A stretch of 59,927 nt of DNA, counting the filler, from Callorhinchus milii (taxonomy: Eukaryota): NCBI RefSeq assembly GCF_018977255.1. It is 2 parts of 2 records of this genome, joined end to end, with 100 filler letters (N's around TTAATTAATTAA, not from the genome) between each part and the next. Parts side by side here need not be neighbours in the genome. Positions count along the whole stretch, not along the records: positions 1 to 29,921 come from NW_024705639.1; positions 30,022 to 59,927 come from NW_024705640.1. One strand, given 5' to 3'. Position numbers and translations under genes: made by a program. How positions within the stretch are numbered: the first letter of the stretch is position 1; the number at the start of each line of letters is the position of its first letter. The notes under the pieces were generated by a model. That model searched no databases and was not told where the DNA came from. It saw only the letters and a program-made list of their open reading frames with translations. Below, in pieces: positions 23,953-34,692 of this stretch.

Positions 23953-24432
23953 TGTAGAGGACTAGTTGCGGGCATGACGTCACGCTCGCCTCCAGGGGCA
24001 ATGACGTCATGGGAGGTGGCGTCATGCACGCCTGTGGGCGGGATGACGTCATGTCCGCAAGGGTACTTAAACGGGAGGCCGTGACGTAAGCGGGGTCGTT
24101 GCGGAGAGCAGGGAACGAAGAGGGTGGGTGTTAGGACCAGGGGTGAGGAGAAGGGTCTGTAGAAGGGCCAGCGTAAGCGCTAGGAGTGACTGCACTCCTC
24201 GGCCGGCCGAAGTTGGATCAGCCCTCGGCCGGCACGGAGGAGGCAGCCCGGACAGCCAGCTGAGCCAAAGGACAGACCGTGGGGAAGGTCCGAGTAGTGG
24301 ACCCAGCCTAGGACCCCTAACCCCTGGAAAGTGTTGCACCTTTCGTGTTGATTGGCATAAGCCCTTAATAAACTACCGGTGCAAGCCCTTAAACTTCACC
24401 TCCGTCTCCGAGTCGTCCGTAACTCTTCTACA
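23953..24432 (+). mobile_element. Solo LTR (Gypsy-like) nested in the PLE remnant
   Basis: TGTAGA...TCTACA ends, 4-bp TSD ttaa (23949-23952, 24433-24436), AATAAA near 24367, several TGACGTCA motifs. Confidence 0.85.
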
Positions 24433-25265
24433 TTAATGTGAGAAATTAGCATGTAACTGTAAGATAGGAGAGCGGCCTCCTCGATGAGGGCACGGAAGTG
24501 GCTATGTTAATGAGAGAGATTAGCATGTTAATGTAAAATCGAAGAGTGGTGCAATCCAAAGGCATGAGTGCAACCCATCAGGTGCAATCCAAAGGGCATG
24601 CGAGTATGAGAGTGCAATGCAAAGGACATGTGAGCATGAGAGATCTAAGAGAGAGGCATAGACAGAGAGACACAGAGTCAGAAATAGCAGCTGACATAGG
24701 CAGCTAGGATGGAAACATCACAGTCAGTTAAGACTTTACCTGGTTATAACGTCCTTTCAATGATTGCTCAGTTTGTACCCATCCTGCCGATCATTGTTTT
24801 ACTGCTGTGGGCTCACACGAAATACATTTTTCCATGATGGAGGTACTCTGCAAACCTACCGGCTACCTTCAGAGATTTGTTCATGAAGCCATCTAGAAAA
24901 ATAAACACAGACACAACTTCAACCGAGAGGATGGGTACAAACTGAGCAATCATTGGAAGGACGTTATTAACCAGGTAAAGTCTTAACTGACTGTGATGTT
25001 TCCATCCTACCTGCCTATGTCAGCTGTTATTTCCGACTCTCTGTGTCTCTCTCTCTATGCCTCTCTTAGATCTCTCATGCTCACATGTCCTTTGCATTGC
25101 ACTCTCATGCCTTTGGATTGCACTCTCACACTCACATGCCCACATTAACATCATGCTAATTTCTTCAATTAACATCACTTGCCCCGGCCACTTTTTTATG
25201 ACCCTTGCGCTACACCAATTTCAAACTTTTTCAAACAGTCTGCCTCAGCAGCAGACCATGCTTTC

Positions 25266-25307
25266 CCACCTGATGACGGACGCTTGTGTTGCGCCCGAAA
25301 CATCGTA
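25266..25307 (+). ncRNA. Degenerate hammerhead ribozyme motif
   Basis: CTGATGA-c-ggacgc ttgtgtt gcgccc-GAAA-CA-TC; stem III CG changed to CA and stem I weak. Confidence 0.6.
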
Positions 25308-26753
25308 ATTTATTTTATTTTATACCTACGTGACTTTACTGAAAGACCTAAAGAGTAATAATAATTCTGATTTGTAGCATCTGAAGAATTTGTGCAGCGA
25401 GTTGCCAATGCGAGTCAGAGGCACGGAAAAGTCTCTGCGATGAGGCCATAGGAATGCGCTCACCTCATGATCACTGGACGTGGTGCAGCAGAGCCACGCG
25501 CGGGCGCTAGCAGGAAGGCAGCGGCACAGAGTGTAAGCCACTGGCACCAGAGTGCGCGGGTCAATGCTCTCCATGGGGGCTGCACACAAACGTAAGCAGA
25601 CAGCAACACCTCTGTTCCTCTCCTTTACACGTCTGTCCCTCGATATAAAAAATAAACGTTTTTTTTACTTACACATCCTATCAGTCCAAAGCCTTCTGGA
25701 AATGTGGAATATCACCAGCATTGGTTCAACAAAATCAACCTTTGGATCGGTTTCAACATTCAGTGTCTCATCAGCAGAGTCAGGCTTGCTTGAACCAAAG
25801 CTGCTTTAACCAACTCCCTTATGAGCCTGTGCTAGTTTGCTTACACTTCCCAAATGGAACAGCATTGTTACTAGTCAATAGGGATTAAAGTCTCACAGGC
25901 ACTGGTGAAATCGGTATTTTGTATGGATATGAAGCAAGGACTGTGTCAAACTGACTAGGCTCAGGCCTCCTGCACCACAAACCTTCAATAAAATTGCTTG
26001 TCTGACACCAATAATGCCTCAGGAATTATCCTTCTTCGTGTATGTGACATCAGGCTTTGTAGAGTCACACTAGAGCCATAGATACATTCCCCAACTTCCA
26101 TTAATCTTGGCTGATTGTCATAAATGTTCACACCACAGCCATGTGGCCAGTTGCATACAATTCCTCAGGCAAAGCCTTTCCTTCACACTGAATTACCACA
26201 AATGGCAACATAAGGACACACAATTTGCTCAGGTGATTGTATGCATTGGTCACACGTCCAGGTCTGTGTCGCACATTGAAATGTGGAATTTCAAGATCTT
26301 TTGGGCATTTTATTTTGCCTTTACGTGAATTAATTCACTTGTAACTTGGCACTGGTCTTGTTGCCAAACCTATTTATTAGTTAACAAAAAGTCCTACTCG
26401 TTATTCTCGTTGATAGCTAGTTGAAGCTCTTGGGGGAAAAAAAGATAAATGGTGTGATTTAATTTCGGAAAAATCTAGAAACAAAAAATATCGCATGTCA
26501 TGGAACCTCTCAGGTTGGTGTCATTTTATCGCAATATCATGGAATTTCAGTGTAGAGTATAAAACCATGGAATCTTTGCATAATTTCCTATCAAATATAT
26601 TAAAAAAATTCCTGACACTAACATATCAACTATTTTCTGTGTTTGAAATGACCAAACTTTACTCTTTATGGGCAATAGTCCTCAACATTGCGCAGCCGGG
26701 GGCCTTTGGACGTGCAGTGCAAGACTGTATTGTGCTGCACTGTCCTCTACTTA

Positions 26754-27225
26754 TGTAGTGACATAGAACGGTCACTACTGTGTCGGCCCGTACGAGGGCT
26801 GGGGGCCCCAAGGGGGTGCCTGGGGGGTCACGTGCTGGAGGGATCCGGACCTTCCCAGAGGTGGGGGAAGTGAGGCATGTCCTGGGAAGGGAGGCATGGC
26901 CTGGGAAGGGAGGCATGGCCTGGAGAGAGCCAGCCACGCCTGGGCGGAGCCGGCCACGCCAAAGCAGATATAAGCGTGGTGTGAACGCAGAGCAAGGCTG
27001 TTGTACTGTACTCCGAAGTGAAGACATCATCGGTCGTCAAGTCCCGAGTCGTCGTCCTGGCCAGGCAGGCTGTTGCCTGCCTGGTCCAGTCTGTGTCGCG
27101 TTCCAGAGTGTTAGTGAGTTGAGGAAGGTGGTCACCACCTCATGTACAGTGTTATATTATTACCGTTTAATAAATAGTGTTGCCTCCAAGCTGCGTGTGT
27201 GTGCACCTAATTCGAACCCACTACA
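26754..27225 (+). mobile_element. 5' LTR of a Gypsy-like LTR retroelement
   Basis: TGTAGTG...CACTACA termini, TATAA near 26969, AATAAA near 27169, followed by a PBS. Confidence 0.85.
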
Positions 27226-27227
27226 TT

Positions 27228-27240
27228 TGGCGTCAGAAGT
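27228..27240 (+). promoter_or_regulatory. Primer binding site, tRNA-Leu-like
   Basis: TGGCGTCAGAAGT 2 nt after the LTR end; complementary (1 mismatch) to the vertebrate tRNA-Leu 3' end ...ACUUCUGACACCA. Confidence 0.75.
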
Positions 27241-27566
27241 TGTGGAAAAATAAATATTGCTAGGTGTTATCCTAGGGAAGTAAATGGGCACACCAAAAAC
27301 AAATATAAAACTCATCTGGAAGCCTTCGTACGACGGGGACGGTGTGATGACCGTCCTTCGGACAGCCATTGGGGATGGCAGCCCAGGTGACAGAGAGAGA
27401 GAGATGGCGCTGCACGCGGAGCGGCGGGACTGGCATCGCACTGCTGCTTCGCCGCCATCGGGAACGGAGCGACGGAGCCGCGGGGAGAGGACACCATCGT
27501 CGCTGCGGGGGGCTGGCGGAGGAGGCACGGGCATGCAGGCCACACGGTGGGCCCGCCATTTCGGCG

Positions 27567-27804
27567 GCTGGTCGGGGCGCGGTTCCCGCCAAAATGCCGC
27601 TCCCGCCAACTCGAGGGCTGGTCGGGGCGCGGTTCCCGCCAAAAAACCGCTCCCGCCAACTCGAGGGCTGGTCGGGGCGCGGTTCCCGCCAAAACGCCGC
27701 TCCCGCCAACTCGAGGGCTGGTCGGGGCGCGGTTCCCGCCAAAAACACCGCTCCCGCCAACTCGAGGGCTGGTCGGGGCGCGGTTCCCACCAAAACGCCG
27801 CTCC
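27567..27804. repeat. GC-rich 50-bp minisatellite, ~4.7 copies
   Basis: Unit gctggtcggggcgcggttcccgccaaaa..ccgctcccgccaactcgagg at 27567, 27617, 27667, 27717 and 27768. Confidence 0.95.
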
Positions 27805-29109
27805 TGTTGCCGAAACGCTGCGGAGGGGGAGTTCCAGTCTTCTGCTCGAGCGCGAGAGGTGGATGGGTTCGCAAGAGCAGGCCGTGTTCACCATGAAAGA
27901 TTCTTCGGGCCGTCCCAGTGCTCCACCTTGCCGCCCTCCGCTATTCACAGTTTGCCAGGCGAGTCGTGACATGACAAGCACCCGACTTCAAAACAATAAT
28001 AATATCTTCACCCATCTTACGTGCGCCGGGTTGCGATCGCGGTTTTTTTTTTTAACTCGCTGGGTTGCGGAGTGTGTTCGTCCAGTTGTGTGCGTGATAA
28101 ATTGACGCGGTGTCCGTGCGGGTGTCTGCTTATAACAATGGTTGTTGTTAATTACGGCGTCGAGATCGTTATCTTCAGGGTGTAGTTAATGATTAATTCG
28201 TTGTTGGGTGTCCCGAGCTCCTTTGATATCCTGTAGGTTGCCGTGTTAATGATCGTGTTGTTACATCGTTGTGTTGCGAAATCGCCATTGTTATTGTGTA
28301 TACTGTATGGAGTTTCGCTCGTGATTGTCACGTGTAATGTAAGAAACTTTGATCGTCATTGTTGCCAAGGTACAGACGTATGGAGCTTTGCTTGGAATTG
28401 TTAACAGTGTATGGAATGTTGGGTACTTGCTTTGTGATTATTTACTCTGTACGGATTGTCTGGAGCATTGATTGTGTGTGTTGCCATGTGGGGACTGGAT
28501 GGAACATTGTGCCAATTGATTGACTGTACGAACTTTGTATACTGCATATACTGTATTAATCAATTCGGCGATTCTTGGGGTTTGTGTATAGTTTTTTTGC
28601 TCTCAAAATTCGAATGCCCTGAGTCCATGGTTAATGTTGAAGGGGATTTTGAAATGACAGGTTCGGTTTGTTTCAAACTCACTGGTTGGTTCCTGTCCGT
28701 TGTTGCACAGATGATGTCTTTTGTGCGGGAATGCTCCTTGTGTTCTACATGGATCGGGGGTGCGTTTCCGTTAATTGCCGTCAAATTGCATTGCTCTCTC
28801 CACTCCGGTTGGTACAGCTGCATTGCTGCAATGCGAGTCTCGGAGATGATGTGTACGGATACGGGATGTGAGGTGTATTGTTGTGACCATTGAATATTCG
28901 GGATCGTCACAAATTGTGCGTACCTGTTCGGCATTGGATCAGTTCTGTGGGGGATCATAATTCAAATTGTATGTGTTGTGATGGTGTTAAATTGCGATGG
29001 TGACATGCTGCCAGGGATTTGGAATTGTGGGTGCTGGCTGTCACTTATCTTGGGGCGCAGATCCTGACCAGGATGGCCCAGTGAGTGTTGCGTGTCTAAC
29101 ATGAACGTT

Positions 29110-29921
29110 GTGGTCCCATCATGCTATGGCTGACGGCTTGACCTGACAGCCCGGAGATTGAAAACACTCCGTGGTATGTCTAGCCTAGTGGGCTGTGCGC
29201 TCACAGGGCTCGGAGAGTGTGGTCCCGTCATGCAATGGCTGACGGCTTGACCTGACAGCCCGGAGATTGAAACACTCCGTGGCATGTCTAGCCTAGTGGG
29301 CTGTGTGCTCACATGGCTCGGAGAGTGTGTTCCCGTCATGCAATGGCTGACGGCTTGACCTGACAGCCCGGAGATCGAGACACTCCGTGGCTTGTCTAGC
29401 CTAGTGGGCTGTGCGCTCACATGGCTCGGAGAGTGTGGTCCCGTCATGCAATGGCTGACGGCTTGACCTGACAGCCTGGCGATTGGAAACACTCCGTGCA
29501 TGTCTAGCCTAGTGGGCTGTGTGCTCACATGGCTCGGAGAGTGTGGTCCCGTCATGCAATGGCTGACGGCTTGACCTGACAGCCCGGAGATCGAGACACT
29601 CCGTGGCTTGTCTAGCCTAGTGGGCTGTGGCGCTCACATGGCTCGGAGAGTGTGGTCCCGTCATGCTGTGTCTGACGGCTTGACCTGACAGCCCGGAGAT
29701 CGAGACACTCCGTGGCTTGTCTAGCTAGTGGGCTGTGTGCTCACATGGCTCGGAGAGTGTGGTCCCCGTCATGCAATGGCTGACGGCTTGACCTGACAGC
29801 CCGGAGATCGAGACACTCTGTGGCTTGTCTAGCCTTGTGGCCTGTGCGCTCACATGGCTCGGGGAGTGTGGTCCCGTCATGCTATGGCTGACAGCTTGAC
29901 CTGACGGCTCGGAGGTTGAGA
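29110..29921. repeat. ~108-bp tandem repeat, ~7.5 copies, truncated by the gap
   Basis: Unit gtggtcccgtcatgcaatggctgacggcttgacctgacagcccggag...ggctcggagagt. Confidence 0.95.
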
Positions 29922-30021
29922 NNNNNNNNNNNNNNNNNNNNNNNNNNNNNNNNNNNNNNNNNNNNTTAATTAATTAANNNNNNNNNNNNNNNNNNNNNNN
30001 NNNNNNNNNNNNNNNNNNNNN
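29922..30021. other. Assembly gap with artificial linker
   Basis: 44 N + TTAATTAATTAA + 44 N = 100 bp. Confidence 0.97.
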
Positions 30022-30707
30022 AATTTTTAAATTATTACTAAACACATACTTAAGTAAATAAATCCACTTCGAACGATATTTCCATCAAAAGTATATTTTC
30101 CGTTATAATATAAAGTGAGATAAACTATTTAGATTTTTTCATCATTAGAAATCATTTTATAAAAATAATTCAAGGAGTGTTTTTTGTTTTTCTTATTCAG
30201 AAATTTTTGTTAAGATTCATAAAAATAAAGTGGCGATTTTTTAAAAAATCGATTTCAATAAAATGTTAAGTCAAATAAAACATACAAGCGAAATTATTCC
30301 TGTTTTTGAAAAGGCACACAGAAATCGCTTTACATGAGAAATCAAATATTTTTTATGTGTTCTTTCAAAACTTTATTTCACTTTTTAAAAATTTAATCTA
30401 TTTTTAAAAATTTTAAATGAGATGTTATAAAATTACTAAAATTATTAAAATGTGTTTAGTAATGTGTATGAGTTCCTGTGCATATTTTTCAAAAAGAAAT
30501 TAAATTTTAAACTGTACATTGTAATAATTAAATTTTTTCAATCATTTTCTTGCCAGAATACGAAGGAATACATGAAAATTCAAATAACCTTTTTTGTGTG
30601 TACCAATCTTTAGGAAAATGCTATTTGCTGCGATTTTTACAATTCTATTCACAGTTAGACACTCATTTTGAAAACGCTGTAAAATAGCGCATAAAATAAT
30701 AATTTGA
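30022..30707. repeat. AT-rich spacer, partial (B'-A')
   Basis: Matches 35340-36034. Confidence 0.92.
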
Positions 30708-33700
30708 AGGGTTAGGGTTAGGGTTAGGTTTAGGGTCAGGGTCAGGTTCAGGGTCAGGGTTAAGGTTAGGGTTAGTGTCAGGGTTAGGGTTAGTGTCAGG
30801 GTCAGGGTCAGGGTTAGGTTCAGGGTCAAGTTCAGTGTCAGGGTTAGGGTTAGGGTAAGGGTTAGGGTTAGGGTTAGGTTCAGGGTCAGGGTTAGGGTTA
30901 GGGTTAGTGTTAGGGTTAGGGTTAGGTTTAGGGTTAGAGTTACGGTTAGGGCTAGGGTTAGGGTCATGGTCAGTGTCAGGGTCAGGGTCAGGGACAGGGA
31001 CAGGGTCAGTGTCAGGGTTAGGGTTAGGGTTAGGGTTAGGTTTAGCGTTAGGGTCAGGGTCAGGTTCAGGGTCAGGGTCAGAGTTACGGTTAGGTTTAGG
31101 GTTAGTATTGGGGTCTTAGGGTTAGGGTTAATGTTAGGATTAGGGTCAGAGTCAGGGTCAGTGTTAGAGTTAGCGTTAGAGTTACGGTTAGGGTTGGGTT
31201 TAGTGTTCGGGTCTTAGGGTTAGCTTTAGGATTAGGGTTAGGGTTAGTGTTAGTGTTAGGGTTAGGGTCAGGGTCAGTGTCAGGGTTAGGTTCAGGGTCA
31301 GTGTCAGGGTCAGGGTTAAGGTTAGGTTTAGTGTTAGGGTTATGGTTAGGGTTAGTGTTAGGTTTAGAGTTAGGGTTAGGTTTAGGTTTAGGTTTAGGAT
31401 AAGGGTTAGGTTTAGGGTAAGGGTTAGGGTTAGGGTTGGGGTTGGGGTTAGGGTTGGCGTTGGGGTTTGGGTTAGGTTTAGGTTTAGGTTTAGGGTTAGG
31501 GTTAGGGTTAGCGTTAGAGTTAGGGTTAGTGTTAGGGTTAGGTTCGGGTTAGGGTTAGGGTTAGGGTTAGGGTTAGGATTAGGGTTAGGGTTAGGGTTAG
31601 GTTTAGGGTTAGGTTTAGGGTTAGGGTTAGGTTTAGGTTTAGGTTTACAGTTAGGGTTAGGGTAGGGTTAGGGTGAGGGTGAGGGTGAGGGTTAAGCTTA
31701 GGCTTAGGGTGAGAGTGAGGGTTAGGTTTAGGTTTAGGTTTAGGGTTGTTTTAGGATTAGGGTTAGGGTGACGGTTAGGGTTAGTGTTAGTGTTAGAGTT
31801 ATGGATAGGGTTAGGGTTAGGGTTAAGTTTAGGACTAGTGTTATGTTTAGGGTTAGGCTTAGGGTTAGGGTTAGAGTTAGGTTTAGGGTTAGGGTTAAGG
31901 TTAGGGTTAAGTTTAGGGTTAGGGTTAGTTTTAGGGTTAGGGTTAGTGTTAGGGTTAGGGATAGGTTTAGGGTTAGGGTTAGGGTTAGGGGTACGTTTAG
32001 GGTTTGGGTTAGGTTTAGGGTTAGGGATAGAGATAGGGTTATCGTTAGGGTTAGGGTTAAGTTTAGGACTAGTGTTATGTTTAGGGTTAGGGTTAGGGTT
32101 AGGGTTAGTGTTAGGGTTAGGTTTAGGGTTAGGGTTAGGGTTAGCGTTAGGGTTAGGGTTAGGTTCAGGGTCAGGGTTAGGGTTAGGTTTAGGGTTAGGG
32201 TCAGGGTCAGTGTCAGGGTTAGGTTCCGGGTCAGGTTCAGGGTCAGTGTTAAAGTTAGGTTTAGGGTTAGGGTTAGGTTTAGGGTTAGGGTTAGGGTTAT
32301 GGTCAGGGTCAGTGTCAGGTTCAGGGTCAGGATCAGGGTTAGGGTTAGGGTTAGGGTTAGGTTTAGGGTTAGTGCTAGGGTTAGGGTCAGTGTCAGGGTC
32401 AGGGTCAAGGTCAGGGTTAGGGTTATGTTTAGTGTCAGGGTTAGGGTTAGTATCAGGGTCAGGGTCAGTGTCAGGGATAGGTTCAGGGTCAGGGTCAGGG
32501 TCAGGGTCAGGGTTAGGTTTAGGGTTAGATTCAGGGTTAGTGTAAGGGTCAGGGTCAGGGTCAGTGTCAGGGTTAGAGTTAGTGTTAGTGTTAGGGTTAT
32601 GGTTAGGGTTAGGGTCAGGGTCAGGGTCAGGGTCAGGGTCAGGGTCAGGGTCAGGGTCAGGGTCAGGGTCAGGGTCAGTGTCAGGGTCAGGGTTAGGGTT
32701 AGGGTTAGGGTCTTAGGGTTAGGGTTAAGGTTAGGGTTAGTTTAAGGGTGAGGGTTAGGCTTAGGTTTAGGGTTAGGTTTAGTGTAAGGGTCAGTGTCCT
32801 TGGGTTAGGGTTAGGGTTAAGTTTAGGGTTAGGGTTAGGGTTAGAGTTAGGGTCTTAGGGTTAGGGTTAGGGTTAGGGTTAGGGTTAGGGTTAGGGTTAG
32901 GGTTAGGGTCAGGGTAAGGGTTAGGGTTAGAATTAGGATCTTAGGCTTAGGGATAGTGTCTTAGGGTTAGGGTTAGGGTCTTATGGTTAGGGTTAGGGTT
33001 AGTGTTAGGGTTAGAGTTAGGGTCTTAGGGTGAGGGTTAGGTTAGGTTAGGGTTAGGGTTAGGGGTTAGGGTTAGGGTTAGGGTTAGGGTTGGGGTTGGG
33101 GTTGGGGTTGGGGTTGGGGTTAGGTTAGGGTTAGGGTTAGGGTTAGGGTTAGAGTTAGGGTTAGCGTTAGGGTTAGGGTTTAGCGTTAGGTTCGGGTTTA
33201 GGGTTAGGGTTAGAGTTAGGGTTAGGGTTAGGATTAGGGTTAGGGTTAGGGTTAGTGTTAGGGTTAGGGTTAGGGTTAGGGATAGGTTTAGGGTTAGGGT
33301 TAGGTTTAGGTTTAGGGTTAGGGTTAGGGTTAGGTAGGTTTAGGGTTAGGGTGAGGGTTAAGCCTAGGCTTAGGGTGAGGGTGAGGGTTAGGTTTAGGTT
33401 AGGGTTGTTTTAGGATTAGGGTTACGCTTAGGGTGACGGTTAGGGTTAGGGTTAAGGTTAGGGTTAGGGTTAGAGTTAGGGATAGGGTTAGGATTAGGGT
33501 TATGTTTAGGACTAGTGTTATGTTAAGGTTAGGCTTAGGGTTAGTGTTAGGTTTAGGGTTAGGGTTAAGTTAGGTTAAGTTTAGGGTTAGGGTTAGTTTT
33601 AGGTTAGGGTAGGGTTATGGTTAGGGTTAGGGTTAGGGTTAGGGTTTTAGGGTCTTAGGGTCTTAGGGTCTTAGCGTCTAAGGTCTTAGGTTTTAGGGTT

Positions 33701-34083
33701 AGGGTTAGGGTTAGTGTTAGCGTTAGGCTGAGGGTTAGGGTTAGGTTAGGGTTAGGGTTAGAGTAGTTTAGGGTTAGGATTAGGGTTAGGGTTAGGGTTA
33801 GGTTAGGTTTAGGTTTAGGTTAGGTTTAGGGTGGTTTAGGGTTAAGGTTAGGTTAGGGTTAGGGTTAGGGTTAGGGTTAGGTTTAGGTTTAGGGTTAGGG
33901 TGGGTGAGGGTTATGGTTAGGGTTAGGTTTAGGGTTACGGTTAGGTTTAGGGTTAGGTTTAGGGTTAGGGTTAGGGTTAGGTTTAGGGTTAAGGTTAGGG
34001 TTAAGGTTAGGGTTAGGGTGAGGGTTAGGGTTAGGCTTAGCTTAGGGTAAGGTTAGGGTTAGGGTTAGTTTAGGGTGAGGGTG

Positions 34084-34116
<33 letters not shown>

Positions 34117-34692
34117 GGTTAGTCCACTTAGTGTTAGTGTTAGGGTTAGGGTTGGGTTAGGATTAGTTTTAGGTTGAGGTTTAGGGTCAGGGTTAGGTTT
34201 AGGGTTAGGGTTAGTGTCAGAGTTAGGGTTAGGGTTAGGGTTAGGGTTAGGGTGAGGTTTAGGGTTAGGTTTAGACTTTGGGTGAGGGTTAGGGTTAGGG
34301 TTAGGTTTAGTGTGAGGGTGAGGGTTAGGGTTAGCGTTAGGGTTAGGGTTAGGGTTAGTGTTAGTGATAGGTTAGGGTTAGCGTTAGCGTTAGGGTTAGA
34401 TTGAGGGTTAGGTTTAGGGTCAGGGTTAGGGTTAGGCTATTAGGGTCCTGCTGTTAGGGTTAGGGTTAGAGTTAGGTGTAGGGTTAAGATTAGGGTTAGG
34501 GTTAGGGTTAGGTTTTAGGGTTAGGATTAGGTTTAGGGTTAGTGTTAGGGTTAGGGTTAGAGTTACGTTCTGGGTTCTGGTCTTAGGGTTACGTTAGGGT
34601 TATGGTTAGGGTTATGGTTAGGGTTCGGGTTAGGGTTAGGGTTAGGTTTAGGGTGAGTTTTAGGGTTAGGGTTAGGGTGAAGCTTAGGGTTA
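30708..34692 (+). repeat. Variant-rich telomeric TTAGGG array 1
   Basis: TTAGGG mixed with TCAGGG, TTAGGT, TTAGTG, TGAGGG and TTGGGG. Confidence 0.97.

Larger units (their letters stand above)
23659..25356. mobile_element. Second-subfamily Penelope-like fold-back remnant
   Basis: Left arm 23687-24785 is inverted relative to 24929-25356. Centre 24786-24986 (+) encodes the GIY-YIG C-terminus ADHCFTAVGSH..EVLCKPTGY..NFNREDGYKLSNHWKDVINQVKS*. Tail at 23659-23686. Confidence 0.85.
27226..29921 (+). mobile_element. Internal region of a probably non-autonomous LTR element (no recognisable gag/pol), running into the gap
   Basis: Follows the LTR and PBS, is CpG-rich and contains two minisatellites. 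The extent is inferred. Confidence 0.5.

Noticed and set aside
25464..25506. Possible 43-nt minus-strand exon (ccttcctgctag|…gag|gtgagc) and another donor-like site near 25672
   Set aside because: The splice-like signals are good, but there is no recognisable protein or partner exon; it cannot be supported without RNA data.
27160..28105. Overlapping 126-273 aa ORFs on both strands
   Set aside because: They are caused by the GC-rich 50-bp minisatellite and show no gag, protease or other domain motifs.
27567..29921. Tandem arrays as possible CRISPR-like repeats
   Set aside because: The units are contiguous with no unique spacers, the context is eukaryotic and there are no cas genes.
29966..29977. 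TTAATTAATTAA island inside the Ns
   Set aside because: A symmetric artificial linker (stops in all frames) centred in a 100-bp gap; not biological.
30542..30710. Recurrent minus-strand peptide LQIIILCAILQR…KIAANSIFLKIGTHKKGYLNFHVFLRILARK in the AT spacer
   Set aside because: It recurs only because the DNA is repeated. It is short, has no recognisable domain and is broken by indels in other copies.
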